Source: Octopus sinensis | Taxonomy: Eukaryota | Assembly (NCBI RefSeq): GCF_006345805.1 | Contig: NC_042997.1 | Span: 37,076,001-37,140,000, forward strand | Reading direction: 5' to 3' | Length of the DNA stretch: 64,000 nt | Shown here: positions 1 to 15,784 of the stretch, piece by piece | How positions within the stretch are numbered: the first letter of the stretch is position 1 | Layout: every line of letters starts with the position of its first letter | The notes under the pieces: generated by a model | Told to the model about the DNA's origin: nothing | Databases searched by the model: none | What the model saw: the letters and a program-made list of their open reading frames with translations, nothing else | Made by a program: the position numbers and the translations under genes

Positions 1-569
1 TTGGGCATAATAAGAATTCTGTTTTGCTTCCTCTTATCAAGCGAAGCCAAACCAATCAGCGTGGAAAGTAACTGTGTAAAATAAAAATATTTTCATCACA
101 ATAAGTACATAGCAAAAAGTACAGTATTCTTAGTAATATTAAATGAGCAATCCTGAGCTACAAGTTTCTACTATCATGAATCCTCCTCACACGCTTTGAA
201 AGCGTATGTCTATCAATATAATATCTTGATTGAATTTCCCCTGATATAATATACTGAAACTACTTAGTTTTCCTGGAAATATATCTACAATATTTATGCT
301 TGTATGAACACCAATATTTAAAATTCATCCAGCAAATTTTGATACAATTCTTCATAGTTTCTTACTTGTTGAATAATAAGAATAACCCATACTTGGGGAA
401 AGATACATATTTATTAATAAATTCTATGAAAATCGAAAATCTGGAGTGTATTCTATTTTTGGACTATCGATGACACCCTTTTCATGTTTTGCACCTGATT
501 TGTAAAATTTTGTCAACAAATGTATGTGAGCTGATGCCAGTGTTTTGTAATATTTTCATCAAGTTGCAT

Positions 570-628
570 CATCTATGCCGGTTTCATATGGAATGACAAT
601 ATTGATTTACCATCTTCATCAGAGACGG
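570..628 (-). ncRNA. Degenerate type I hammerhead ribozyme motif
   Basis: Minus strand reads CGTCT-CTGATGA-AGATGG...CCATAT-GAAAC-CG-GCAT-AGATG. The core, stem II (one mismatch) and stem I (CGTCT/AGATG) are recognisable, but the NUH cleavage triplet is corrupted. Confidence 0.35.
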
Positions 629-966
629 GGAAACGGTATAATTCGTGAATTCACTTTACTGCAGAAATATTAAGTTAATCATAGTATTAAGTTCATTATA
701 GTATTAAGGTCACCAGTATTAAGTTCATCATATGCTGCATGTTGAAATATATAAAATAAAATAACGCTCAAAACAATTTTTGCAATATCTTTTTTAATAT
801 TGTCATATATAGAATTACTATGATAGAAAAGAGATGTGAATACCAGTTGCTATTCGCATTAAAGTAAATTTCAAGCGATTAGTTAGGATTTATTTATAAA
901 TCCTATAGTATTCTTGACGATAATACAGTATTCCTGTTTCCCGAGACAGTATATAATTTCAGTATA

Positions 967-1305
967 AAAGGGGTAAAGACCCCCTTCGGTCATGAATGAT
1001 TGCACCTAGAAAGTTACCCTCCTAGACACAAGTCCGGGCAAGGTTGTTTATGGAAGACCAGCAGTCGCCCCATGCATACCAGCCTTCCCTCTCCCAGCCA
1101 CCAGTGTTATCCAAGGGAAAAAACAAAGGTCGATACAGCTTGGCACCAGTGACGTCGCAACTCATTTCTACAGCTGAGTGAACTGGAGCAACGTGAAATA
1201 AAGTTCCTTGCTCAAGAACACAACACGCAGCCCGGTCCGGGATTCAAGCTCACAACCTTACGATCGTAAGCTCGACGCTCTAACCACTGAGCCATGCGCC
1301 TTCAC
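967..1305 (-). mobile_element. Full-length tRNA-derived SINE
   Basis: Minus strand begins GTGAAGGCGCATGGCTCAGTGGTTAGAGC (A box) ... GAGCTTGAATCCC (B-box-like), then a central GTGTTGTGTTCTTGAGCAAGG...TTGCTCCAGTTCACTCAGCTGTAG block. A 12-bp TSD AATTTCAGTATA lies at 955-966 and 1306-1317. Confidence 0.9.
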
Positions 1306-1964
1306 AATTTCAGTATAGAAGTTCTATATTTTATATCAAGTGTGAAATAATGTTTTCAAACGATAACCTGTTGACGTTTGTTCCAGTTTAAGACAATTTA
1401 TCCAGACGCTTCAAGTTCGGATGCTCGATTTGGCACACAGGATTGTCGTAAAAATATTGTAGAGCACTTTCATAGACGTACCACAAAATTTATAATGCAA
1501 AAGTTAGTTTGTGGGCTCTATCAAATTTGTAGCTACACCGAGATACAGCTTAACCCTTTTTCATTATTTTCTATTATCGTAGGAGTTCGTTATACATTTA
1601 CCATAATTATCAGTAACCCAACATTTATTTTGATTCCCAAGATTCCCTTTAAAATAAATAAAGTGTACTTGCATTTGTCTGTAATAAGTTTTCTTTGCTT
1701 AAAGATAAAGATATCTTGACGCATAGAATCGATTAAGAAACTTCTTCGTGTTAAGTTACATGAAAAGGTCGCTTACCATTAGATAATTCACATCTATTTG
1801 CTAAAGGCGATACGATTACGGTAAAATAATTTCATGGCAAAACATATAGGAGAATAGGTTGGTGGATAGCAACACACAACAAATTATTCTGTATCTGCCT
1901 AGACTTCTAAGTAATTGTGGTAAATGTGGATACCTAGTTTTGTTTTACAAACACTGCAGCAACA

Positions 1965-2118
1965 ATTATTATTCTCTGTTCTCGACACGAAGCCCGAAAT
2001 TCTTTCTGAGGGCTCCAGTGGATTAGATCGACCCTAGTACACAACTGATACTTAATTTATCGACCCCGAACGGATGAAAGGCAAAGTCGACCTCGGCGGA
2101 ATTTGAACTCAGAACGTA
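1965..2118 (-). mobile_element. 5'-truncated SINE with Nin/Deu-like core
   Basis: Minus strand has GAGGTCGACTTTGCCTTTCATCCGTTCGGGGTCGATAAATTAAGTATC, resembling the Nin/Deu SINE domain, and ends in an AATAATAAT tail. Confidence 0.75.
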
Positions 2119-2119
2119 G

Positions 2120-2353
2120 CGCCACAAGCGGTTAAACACACAAGCGGTTAAACACAGAAGGGACAAACAAGGACACACAAACGGATTAAGTCGATTATAT
2201 CGACCCCAGTGCGTAACTGGTACTTATTTAATCGACCCCGAAATTATCAAAGGCAAAGTCGACCTCGGCGAAATTTGAACTCAGAACGTAACTGCAGACG
2301 AAATACTGCTAAGGATTTCACCCGGCGTGGTAACGTTTCTGCCAGCTCACCGC
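2120..2353 (-). mobile_element. Nin/Deu-like SINE with tRNA-derived head
   Basis: Minus strand GCGGTGAGCTGGCAGAAACG...GAGTTCAAATTTCGCCGAGGTCGACTTTGCC. Same core as 1965-2118 but a different 3' tail, which carries a duplicated CACAAGCGGTTAAACAC. Confidence 0.8.
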
Positions 2354-3871
2354 TTTACTGCGGCAACAATTTTTGTGATTCTTTTAATCTACAAACCAAA
2401 AGTCATTATAATATAGTTACTGATTACTTCACGCCATCCAAAACATACTAATACAAACATACCTATTAATCTTACAAGAATGTACTTAAAACGAATACTA
2501 GTTGCAATATGATGCCCATCCATAATAATTTATAGCATAACTGACCGTGTCATAGCCATAGTAACTCAAGAATTATGAAGACCAATAAACACTTCCAAAA
2601 TTCACAGTGTACTACCTATCATTACCGCACAAAATAGAGACTCAAATAGCATTACCTATAAACAATTGCATTATTCCAGGGAGGCCAAGTATGAGATAAG
2701 TATTCGAAGTACACAAAATGATCCAACAGGTATGGGGACAAGATCACTGGCATAATAAATTCAAAGCAACAAATTGCCTACATGAAATTAACAATCAAGT
2801 TGCCTTGTTGACACTCTAACTGTATGAGCCGCGTTAACATTAATGAGAACTTATCGTTCGAATTTAAATCAGGATTTAGTCACATTGTAGAAATTTACTT
2901 ACTTGTTCGCCAATGGCTGTAACAAAAATTGATTATATTTGCTTGAGAACCAAATTGATGTTTCACAATTGCAAAACGCAGTGTTCTACGACTCACAGAT
3001 TACACTAATCGAACACTTAGACTGATGTGAAACAAAGAATTATCCATAGCTTTCATGGTCTTAGATTTGTTCTATCAAAACACCACCTGAAAATAAGACA
3101 AATGAAAAGATATGCATATTAAAAACGTAAACTTTGATACAATAAATTATAAAATATATGAAACAGAAGATTAAATCATTATTTCACCTAAAAATTATAC
3201 TATTCTTGTTCATACTCTTATGCACAAAGAGAAAGATAAACATATATGCATTTTCACACACATATATAATACTTACTGATAGACATATACAAGCAAGCAT
3301 TAAATTTGCACATTTTCTTTTAGCTTTTCTAATCAAATATTCTCGTTCAACTATAGGGCATATTCACTGGATTAACAAAGTACTGGCTTTTAGTGCAATT
3401 ATTATCTCTTACTATTTCTGAGAACCATGTTTTATTAAAATGATGAATAAATCATTATTAACTGTTGAAGTTCATTTTCAGCTTCATATCTCTACACATA
3501 CGCGCTCGAAATGAATTACATAGAGAGACGGGTAGAAAGAGAGAGAGAGTGAGAAACTACTCATTCATACACGAACGCCTACACATAAAGACAAAATGTG
3601 TTAAGCTTACATGTGGAATATATTTGCCAGAATTGCATATGCTTTTATCGGAGCGAGTGAATTACTTTTTAGCCACATTTACTTTTATATTTCTCTGTAT
3701 GAATAAATCTAAATATTTTTAACGCACTGCATAGAATTTCACACACTGAAAACGAAAAAGAGCTTCAACCGTCGTTAGCATTCCACCGCTCTTTTGTCCA
3801 CCAGCATCCGTTTTATTTACAGATATGTATTAGCAATGATTGTCTGAAGAAACATAGGTTATTTGTAAAGA

Positions 3872-4256
3872 GTGGAGGCGCAATGGCCCAGTGGTTAGGG
3901 CAGCGGACTCGCGGTCATAGGATCGCGGTTTCGATTCCCAGACCGGGCGTTGTGAGTGTTTATTGAGCGAAAACACCTAAAAGTTCCACGAGGCTCCGGC
4001 AGGGGATGGTTGTGATCCCTGCTGTACTCTTTCACCACAACTTTCTCTCACTCTTACTTCCTGTTTCTGTTGTACCTGTATTTCAAAGGGATGGCCTTGT
4101 CATTCTCTGTGTCACGCTGAGTATCCCCGAGAACTACGTTAAGGGTGCACGTGTCTGTGGAGTGCTCAGCCACTTACACGTTAATTTCACGAGCAGGCTG
4201 TTCCATTGATTCGGATCAACCGGAACCCTCGTCGTCGTAACCGACGGAGTGCTTCC
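3872..4256 (+). mobile_element. Full-length tRNA-derived SINE
   Basis: A box TGGCCCAGTGG and B box GGTTTCGATTCC in a tRNA-like head. An 11-bp TSD ATTTGTAAAGA lies at 3861-3871 and 4257-4267. Confidence 0.9.
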
Positions 4257-7200
4257 ATTTGTAAAGACACGTTTCTGTACATTTATGTTAACACGTATTT
4301 TACCAGCATTAGAGGAATGAAAGGTTGTGTGCATGATGATTGTTAAAAAATCTGAACGTGAAAGAAAGAAAACACCATACTGTTTTTAGCAGAGTCGGTT
4401 CAGTCAACAGTATTGCTGAATTGAATATGATAGAGTATTTATTTGAAAGTGTTTCCTTGGGTGTTCATATCGCACTGTTGCAAATTTGGTATCAGTTAGG
4501 GCTTATTTTGGAAAATGAAAATTCATTACGAGTGTAAATCCTATATTTTTGTTGACTACAATTATTACTTGTAAAAATATAGAATTAAAACAATATAAAA
4601 ATACAATGATAATATACCGAGGACATGTTGATCAAAACCTATTACAAGAACTTCTTACAAAAACTAATAAATACCACGCACAATGTGGTACTTTAATATA
4701 TTATCGCAAAATACTATTCAAAATATAGCTACATATTTTGGTTTCTAAAGCTTAAACATCTTATTTTTAATTATATATTTTCATTCAGTGTTGGGAAACT
4801 CTGGAAATGATAGTCTTGCTATTGAACGAATTGTTGCAACACACTGGATCAGGACTAACTGATTTCTTCATTTACTAATTTCATTTGTTCTTCATAAAAT
4901 TGAATATTTTCTTAATGAAATGTATTGAATGGAAATCCGAACAGGAAAATGTGAAGAGTTACAACAGAATATTACAGTTGTTTTCAGAATTCTCTTTGGT
5001 TGCAAATATCAAGAGATTGTTTCAATATTCTTTCACAATTTATCAATAGAATTGTTTCCAGCACTCGCTAAAAATATTAAAGCATATTTATCATTAGCTT
5101 TGTTTCAATGAATCAAAATCAGTTTTAATAGCTTGTTCCAATATGTTCGAGCAAACGAAATAATTAACGATTTAACGTGTGTATGAAATACAAGAAAACA
5201 GGAAACACTTACTGACAAAATTTGTAATCATATATTTAATATATATACTCATTTTGCGATCTTTTGAAATGACAGCTAGCCAGTTTGAGCAAAGAATTAT
5301 AATGTTTAACATTTAAAATAACAATAAATGTGAGACACTTTTAGAAATTTTGTATTTCAATAAACGTTACATGTGATACACAACATGAAATTAATATTTT
5401 ACGTCATTTAACAGGAAAAATTAATAGAACGTTTGTATCGTAAATGTTAAATATCAGTATAACTACGGTAATTTTGCTCAAGTGAAGTCAATATATTTAT
5501 CTGTAAATTAAATTTATATGTAAATTTAATTTATTTTATGAGAAAAATAACGGAATCTAAAGAAGCGTATTAAATGGAATACCAGATATTTGATCAATAA
5601 TTTTATGCTTCTGTAGTAAGTTTATTCCAGTGGAGATAATTTACAAAAGCATTTAGTATATTTTAAACAAAATTTAGATCTTATTAAATATTGCTAACGA
5701 GAATACCTCATATTATATGATAATGGTATTACTATGCATATAATAAAAGCTATAAATGCCAAAAGCATTTCAAATATAACTGAAAGTAGTGAGATAAATT
5801 CTTGTACACTATAAGGATTTCTGCACGATCTGAAATCTTCCTCATATACCAATGGACAAATCTGACAAAATAATTCACCTGTATCAATAACTGATAGGTA
5901 TAATAACGCACTCTCACAACATTCATTTTTTAATATAAATGGAGTAAAACGAAAATCGTCTTGACGTACACGTTGGATGTAATGACGAAGTGACAACCAG
6001 ACTCCTTCGGATATAATTATTCTTTAAACGCAGAAGTGTATGACTTGTATAGAATTAGATAATGCTGAAAGTACTGCCTGAGAAATTCTAAACCAATGAC
6101 TGAAACAAATTAGACATATTAGTAAACGCTTCATAAATCTCTTCAGAGAATAAACCTCAAAATATATATTCGAACCACGATAGTCACACAAAATTTTCTA
6201 CACAGAAGTTTCAAATTCTGTGCAGGAAAACACTCTTGCTCTCAAAGATTAAAGTGCCGCTATGTACAAACAAATCGTTCTACTACTCATATTGAATAAT
6301 AAGCAACCAAACTTGAAGTATCATTAAAATATGGGTCGAAATAATTTTAAACAAATAAACATCATTCTACGATGAGAGAAGATCCTAGGATGTTGAAACA
6401 AAACTTAGTGCACTCACCCAAAGTCCTTCTAATAAACTATAAACTACACAAAAACATTAAAAGATGATATCCTGAGAGTTTTATTTCCTACAAAAATGTT
6501 TCCACTGAATATACTACAAGATATCTATCAAATATAAGTCATCAAATTTGTAAATGGCAATATGTCTAAAATACAAGTGCCTGTAGCTAAAACGAAATTC
6601 GATAACAATCAATGAAGATCATAAACGCTATGTGGAAATTGCATAAGAATAAAAGTAATCTATTAGACGAAAGTACTGCGAATAGGTCAAAGCGTCCCAG
6701 ACCCCAGCGAAAAGGATAGAAAACTACACAGGAGCAACTAGCGGAACAAAGTGAAACATAATTTCGCACAAATATGGTAGTCCAAGCTGAACATTAGCAA
6801 CGGCATATTACATACAGGCAAAAAATTTTAAAGACTGGCCTAAACTGGGAAGAAGGCAATAAACGATTTAAGCGCAACAGCGGAAATAAGAGTTGCTGCA
6901 TAATAATGATAAAATCAATGTAAAAAAGAATACGAAGTAAGGTACACATTAAACCAAGGAAAAAATTTAATAACGTATAAATACGAGAAAATGAATTTTT
7001 TATGAAGTAGGTAAAATGACATTTTTAGCAAAACTGATTATTATGTAATGGAAATAGCGCCATCTGAACCAATCAATAAAGAGAGTTATAACTCTTGGAA
7101 ACTCCGATAAAATCAGGCAAAAAGAATATGATGATTTAACCAGAGAGAGGGAGAGAGGGAAAGAGGCGGAGAGGAGGAATAGAGAGTGATGCTGCCTGAG

Positions 7201-7560
7201 ATAGAGATAGAAGGACAGAACACAACTACTTAATGAGCTAATGAAAATTAATATTCAGTTTTATATTTTTAGAAACACAGAAAATGATTGCATAATTGGC
7301 ACGCAGATAAAGAGCAAACGCAGAATTGTCATAGAAAAAAGCATTAAAGCAATGGTGATAAGGCAAGCTAAAATTAAAACAAATCCAACCGTGATAAAAT
7401 AAGGAAGGTGATCGGTGAAAATGGAATAGTGATCGAATTTGCTAAAAAAGCGTAGACAGGCGTGTTGGACGCGCCATTAACAAATAAGAACGAAATTGAA
7501 AAATGTGTAATTCTAAAACAAAAATTAAGCATGCAAAACACGATTATATTGTAATCAAGA

Positions 7561-7627
7561 CGATGATGATGATGATGAAAATGATGATGATGAGGAGGAG
7601 GTGAAGGATGAGGACGACGATGATACG
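7561..7627. repeat. (GAT)/(GAG)/(GAC) trinucleotide low-complexity tract
   Basis: Direct reading of the sequence. Confidence 0.8.
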
Positions 7628-8901
7628 GATTTCTTTGCTACAAAGGCAACCGTTAATGGGAACATTATATGTTACAACTTGTGTTGGTTTTTCCATACAA
7701 GATCGAATGGAAAAGAGATGAAAGAAAAAATATATAATTAGACGTGTTGTACAAAGTATGAGAGTATATAGATGATGCTCTCATCCTGATACAGGACACC
7801 ATTCAGCTTGAGACAAACATGGAACTCCCTAGGTCCATGATCACCATGACCTCAAAGACTAGAGACCATACACAGCTTCTATTACCTAAACTAGAAGCAC
7901 CTAAGTTGAAAGCACAAGACGTACGAAACCTGCATTCTCACCCTTGTTAAAGATAGCTGTGTCGATTGAACGGATAGTCCTCTCCTTACAAATTAATACT
8001 TATTAGCAATGCTTAAACATTGCAGGATCTCACACAATAAAATTACATTTACTTAGAGTGTATTAAGGGGAGTCAGAGTTTATCTTGAACCTATAGTGAT
8101 CCAAGTTACCATTACCTGGCCAATTATTTCTAGCTATCATATTACCTACAGTAGTCATTGTATAATTTTTCAGCCCGGAATATAATTCCCTCCAAGTCGA
8201 CATATGAAGATTAACTGAGAACATTATATCATACTTATTCTCTAATAATCTCACATTTTATATTAAATATATATTTATACCAACGATTTGCTCTCAACGT
8301 TAACGTCATTCGAAGAATAGTCGGTGTCTCAAGTTGAAAGCCATATTTTCTATAACTGCAACATTAATCCAGAAGGAAAAGACGGGCTTCAGTCTGTATT
8401 TGTGACAGCGGATATCTTGTGGCTGTTGTAGCAAATACGTTTGTTGTTATTGCTCTTAGCGTTGTTGTGGCAAATATTTTCTCGTTATTTTTGACGTTTA
8501 TGTTTTTAGTTTTCTTTTTACTGTCATAATTGGTTTTGATGTTGTTTGTGCAATTCCATTTTGATGTAATCGATGTTGTTAGTTCTTTTTGTAGTTAATG
8601 TTTTTGAACTTGAATATACATTTGTGGTGTGTCACAGTATTTCAGCAACTCTGAAGACACTTTCCTTAATAGCACTGCGCATTTCTTGAAAACTAATTAC
8701 GACATTTTGGGGAAGATTAACAAAAAGAATAGAACTTAAGAGGCAGAATTTCAGAGCGGTGATAGAGTCTTCTACGGGAAGAATAAAGGAGACGAACTTT
8801 TAGTGCAATGTTACTTTCAATTACACATTAGAGAACGTTTACTAAAAAGAAGACCTACCAATGTAAAACCAACGGGAATTTCTTAAATAATGTTATTAAA
8901 A

Positions 8902-8902
<1 letters not shown>

Positions 8903-8939
<37 letters not shown>

Positions 8940-8954
8940 ATAATAATAATAATA

Positions 8955-8999
<45 letters not shown>
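8903..8999. repeat. Compound microsatellite (TAC)n(TAA)n
   Basis: Direct reading of the sequence. Confidence 0.95.
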
Positions 9000-9002
<3 letters not shown>

Positions 9003-10079
9003 TTTTGGCGAGCTTACCTGCCTCCCTCTTCATCTCCCTTCTCACTCTCTTTCTTCGTCTTCTTCCAATGAGTTCTCAGTGGTGTTTAAATCATTCATAC
9101 GATGACATGGTCACTTAACCGCTCCCCCCAAAAATGAATAAGTTTTTTCTAGTACTTTCTATGTTCACTAAAACTTTGAGATTGTTATGTCTATAGACAT
9201 TACATCTTAAATACGAGGAAGGGTTCATAGATAAAATACTATATAGCTTTTTTAAAACTAAGCTATTTATAAACTTCGATATCTCATCTATGATAGTTAG
9301 TCCCAAATTGCCGAAGGTACTGTTAAAATCCACACCCGACGACTGTCAGCAATGTACCTCTCTTCCCTTAAATACCACAGCACCAGCTAAACCAATAGTC
9401 GTGAATCTGCTATCATTTGTTGTCTAAGGAAATCAGTAATAGAGCAACTGTGCCCCATTGTAAAAATATAATTATGGTAATAATTGTGAAACTATAGTAG
9501 TGAATAAGTAAATAATAAGATAGTAATAGGGAAATTATAATAGCGGACAATAATTACCCAGAATGATTAACACGTTGCGTTGTGAAACCGTCGAGTCGTC
9601 GGCGACTAAACCGACAACCACACTAATCTTGCTTGGTGACGAAGGAAGATTTTCGGCATCTTGCAGGACTAAAAACTAAACCTAGCAAAGGGCAGAGGAA
9701 CATACGACATTCACTGGCCATTCCAAAACCTGGTAGACAGAATTCGGGAGCCTTGGTTGACATTTTGTCTAGGAGAAGGAATACTTTATTTCGAAACAGT
9801 TGTAGATAGGACTCCGTAGTCACAGTGGGCCAGCTCGACTCCTTCTCGAAACTAATAGAAGTTTGGGAAAAGGCAAGTATCTGGCGCCTCCAAATATCTA
9901 TTGCTCCAGGTAGGATGTATTCGTTAGGGTTGCGTAGCAGGCAGCCAAGGGGAAGGAGCACTTCAAGCTCAAGACCAGGGGAGCAAGGAGCCTGCCGCCT
10001 TGGTGGACTACCTTGATAGAAATGGTATCTCGATAAAAATACCGGTTGGTGGTAATCAAGACACACACCTCAATTGTGA

Positions 10080-10450
10080 GTGAAAAGTGCAAGAAAAATA
10101 AATGTCGATAACGGTATGAACGGAACTAGAACCATTGGTGAAGATGTCACATCCGGCAGATTCCATGCTATTCAACAGGGTGGTCCCGGTCGGAATTCAA
10201 GAAATGCTACCCATACTGCAAAACACAGTCCTTGTACTGGTCAAATTATGCAATGCGCTCGAAAACGTAAGTGGTCTATTGATATGAACCAAAAGGCGAT
10301 CCAGTGGAATGAACACGCCTTTTTAGACAAGAACAAAGGCTAATGTAAAGCTGTCAGAAAAAAGATCATTAAAACTTTGGAAGCAACTGGGTATGTTCCA
10401 GATTACTCATGCAAGACTCCAGGAGCTCCAGAAAAAATTATAAAAACTAA
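10080..10450 (+). mobile_element. Decayed N-terminal ORF region of an R4/Dong-like non-LTR retrotransposon
   Basis: The ORF track gives MNGTRT...RKRKWSIDMNQKAI, and a downstream frame gives GMFQITHARL. These resemble the RxKW..EMN and W...G.F..TEQRL motifs of the R4/Dong N-terminus. Stops and frameshifts are present. Confidence 0.5.
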
Positions 10451-10944
10451 TAATCGTCAATAATATAAATGCGCGACGTTTTGTTTTTGTACGTACCTAT
10501 TTTGTGTGTCACACATACTTCAAAAGAAGAGTGAGTAAAATTGGTAAAGCGAGAGAAATTGGCAAAACCAGAGAAAGAGAGAACGTGAGAGAGACAGAAA
10601 TAGGAAGTGAGATACACAGTGGGTGGTGACGCCGTTCGATTTGTGTTATTAAAAGATTAGCAGTATTTTCAGAGTAAACTAATATATACGTTGCAAGAAA
10701 AGATACCTAAATCGAAAGAAAACTATATATGTAGATACATACACGTATTGTTAGATGAAAGGCAGGAGGAAGGACACAGAAGAAGTGACAGAGAAAGAGA
10801 GCAATTGGAAGAGAGAGAGAGAGAGTAGAGACATAGATCGAAAGCGAAATATATACATAGTTACATAGACACATTGTTAAATCAAAGAGAAATAATTACA
10901 GCAAATATTGTATGTCACTTTCACTTTTAATTACCACGGGAGGA

Positions 10945-11100
10945 CAAAATTAATTAGCAAATGGCTGAGTACTACACGAGCATGCACACAATTAACGTAA
11001 TTCTCAGGAAGATCTAGCCTCACAACAAATATGACGAGGCTGGCCCCTTTGGATTACAAACTCATTTTGGCCAGCTGAGTGGAATGGAGCAAGATAAGTC
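10945..11100 (-). mobile_element. SINE fragment
   Basis: Minus strand TTGCTCCATTCCACTCAGCTGG core is followed by a tail homologous to 4085-4190 (GAGAA.TACGTTAA...GTACTCAGCCA). Confidence 0.6.
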
Positions 11101-11394
11101 TTCATATGGTTGGAAGAAATCGAAAAAAAGATCCTATATAGGGGCAAAAAGATGTTTTTAGTTGTTAGAAACACTATGAGCGTTAATTTGGTCCTAACAG
11201 CAGAATTTGTGTGCGCCACAGATCTGGAGGCCAATACTCCAGATAAACACCGATGCGCAGGCTGTTGCTATCAAAGTGGGCGTGAGTCGAGAGCGGAATA
11301 GCAATTATTTCATCTTAGCTGTCACTGCTTATACTAAACTCATGACAGTTTTGCCTTGAAATATTTCTTTCACTCTTTTTAAAAGATGGCGCTC

Positions 11395-12890
<1,496 letters not shown>

Positions 12891-12904
12891 TCCTAATGAT
12901 GGTG

Positions 12905-14770
12905 ATTTCATTTATTTGCCACAATGGTAACAGAGGAGGGGTCAATACAGTGAGAGACACAAAATATGGTGGTTTACATATCATAAGGATAAGAAATAAA
13001 AATACATGGTATAGACAGGAAAAGAAAGGACATATACATGGCATACAAGAAAGTAGGGATGATAGAGATGTACCCCTCCCCATGATACATGAACGCCTCT
13101 GGGGATAATCGAGGAATCCTACAGAATGAGATTTCCCTGAAACCCTTACATCAAGTGTCCTCTCCGATTCCTTCTCTCCGACTCAAACGTCTACTCTTAG
13201 AGAGGTAATCTCCACTCTTGTCATTTTAGCAAATTTCAACTACTTTCAAAAAATTACACGAGTACAGTACTCTCCTCTCAATCTCCTTTTGAATTGAAAC
13301 TTGAATAAATCAATTAGAACTCTGTATCTGTCCTCATGCCTTTCTGCCTGGTCCACAAAAAGACCTCTCTCGCCACAGCCACCAGGTAAAGGGAAACTGC
13401 CTCGCCTGCCCGATTGACATGGGGCCGCGGTGCAATCATCATTACTACAGACTCAGCCGACAAACGGATCCGTCTCACACGTGATAGAAGGTGTTCAACA
13501 TAACCCCACAAATCAGAAATGCCCGGACACTGGACGAGGGCGTGCAGAACGGTTTTGTCACTCTATGCACAACTCGGATAAGTCCATCTGACAGCATATC
13601 CGTACCTGTAGAATTTAACCCGAACCAGTAGCGCCACCGCCCCGGTAACATTGGCAAGCCAAGGAATCTGGAACTACCCATGATAGTTCCCGACTGGAAA
13701 GTCCTCCAGAACAGACTAGCCAGCGCATTCTCTTCGGCACTCAGAGTCTCCCCAAGTAAGTCTTCACACTTCCCCAGCAGCAATCTTCTATAAATTTCTA
13801 AAGCGGAACGTCCACCAATCCCATGGCGCGACTAGTAGAATGTTGGGAGCGCCTGACGACATTCTAGGTGCCAGGCACCAAGTCTCGGTCTTTTATTCAC
13901 CCAGGATTGCAGCTACGTCAAGGAGACAAGCTGCGGAAAGACGAGACTCAAAAACAGAGCCCACACAAGCTCACCGTCCAGAAATCACTGCAGGTGGCTT
14001 AACCTAAGCGCGTGTCTGCGCCTTAGGAACAACGGCATACCTAATCCGCCACTGAGAAGGTGCTGACAACAGACTGACCGCATGACCATCTGAATGCATC
14101 CCTTCCACAAGAATTAAATAAGAGACACTCCAAAATTGTTAATCACTAACCGAGCAAGGCACGATGGTCAAGCGATAAATGATAACGAAGGTGATGTAAG
14201 CATTCGCCACCTCTGCCTAACCATTCAGGGACAGCATTCTTTCTGTCCATTACTGGGTAAGACTGGCCACACTGTTTGTCACCTCAACCAAGTTCTAATC
14301 CACCTGAAGGTCGGGACGAAACCAGACTCAGAGCACTTTAATTGGTCCTTCGGTCCAGGTACCGCAGACGCCATGTGATGGTCACGTGCTGCTTCTCCGA
14401 CAGCCCAACCGCCACCCGACCAATTTATCACCGTTTAGTTTAGCCCCTGGAACCGACTCATATTTCTTTACGATGGTAAGGACAGTCTAAACCTCGGAGG
14501 CGTCAGCCACGATAACGGAGACATCGTCTGCGAATGCTGACACTACCTTTCTTGTCCCAGTTCGAGAGGAATGTTCCTTCACTGTTCCAACTATTCGCAA
14601 CAGCGGCTCGAGGGCCAAAACGAATAGACAAGGCGACAGCGGGAAGCCCAGACGGACCAAGCGTGCGATGGCAATAGTCTCCAAATGGTGTCAGTATATT
14701 TTCATCAATGAACAGGTGCTGCTGTGCATTGCAGGGATTCAGCCTCTGGAATCGTGTCCGAAACCTCCAG
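12905..14770 (-). mobile_element. L1/Tx1-clade LINE 3' portion, decayed with internal deletion
   Basis: RT motifs GFPLSPCLFVLALEPLLR and VSAFADDVSV. Tx1-like C-terminus WGYVEHLLS...LVAVAREVFLWTRQKG. The 3' UTR ends in AATAAATGAAAT near 12905. Confidence 0.85.
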
Positions 14771-15135
14771 CATTTATTTATTCTTTTATACCTTTATACG
14801 CCACCAGTGTAATCACCTTTTCAATGCTCTATTTTAAGTGATTTGCTTTTAGTGAAGGAGAAAGTTCGACATTGTTGCGCCCTTCATATTTGTTCAGCCG
14901 GCACCTTTGATAGCATGAAGTCTAGTTGTTTCTTGACGACATCTACCACCACTTCATTATGATCCTCAGATGTTTTGGCAAGGCCTTTAGCAGGCCCCTG
15001 AATTCCAAGCTATTATAAGCTGTACATGTTCCTCAGTTTAAATGTGACATTTATATACATAAAGATATATAGACAAACGCACACACACACATACACACAT
15101 GCATATGCACACGCATATGCACACACACATATGTA

Positions 15136-15204
<69 letters not shown>

Positions 15205-15784
15205 GTGTGTGTGTGTGTCTGTACATACATGCATATATATCTATGGAAATATTATCGACCGCACATTCTCAGGTTATGGGCCCGACTTTTCGCTGCGCAT
15301 AAAGCTTTGGAGATGAATCTTTCATAGCATTGTGTGTTAAGGTACCCAAAAGTCATACACAGGCATGTTAACCCATTCTCAGTCAGATGTGTTGGATACC
15401 GATATTTTGCTACTTCTGTGATTTATCAACATCACATACCCGAATCGAACTGTTGACGATTGGAATCACCAGTCCCTGACTATATATTTATTTCGTAACA
15501 CACATTTGCTGGTATGGCACGATGATGTATACGCAAAATTAATTTCACTTACGATTAAAAAGCAGCGCTAGTGTTGTAAAATTGATCTGCCGTATATACT
15601 AAATGTATGTGTTTTGCTCGTTTATGTGTGTGAGCCCTAACTGCATTTGCGAGTCGGAATTCTTCCAACAACTGCAGAATCAGATGGTGGAAGATTCGAG
15701 CTGGGGTCCTAAGCTTTGACAAGAGAGAAGAATATCGGAGTCATCATTCAGAAGCTGTACTCCAGACAGTAAAGAAGAACAGAC

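Noticed and set aside
100-450. Possible GIY-YIG remnant on the minus strand (YIDRHTLSKRV)
   Set aside because: The match is very degenerate and its position relative to the 570-628 hammerhead does not fit a simple Penelope layout.
2560-2960. Possible I/Jockey-type LINE C-terminus (QQVWGQDHW...LHEI)
   Set aside because: Only a few residues resemble the motif, which is too weak to call.
3878-3950. tRNA-like sequence
   Set aside because: It is the head of a SINE bounded by a TSD and lacks a complete acceptor stem, so it is not a tRNA gene.
5694-5996. 100-aa ORF with a hydrophobic C-terminal stretch
   Set aside because: Hydrophobicity is expected from AT-rich codons, and there is no recognisable motif or splice support.
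9944-10070. Possible HDV-like ribozyme upstream of the R4/Dong N-terminus (P1 GCCAAGG/CCTTGGT followed by GG and a P4-like ACTACC/GGTGGT)
   Set aside because: No proper P3/L3 with the CC for P1.1, no catalytic C in J4/2 and no P2 partner found. At best a decayed relic.
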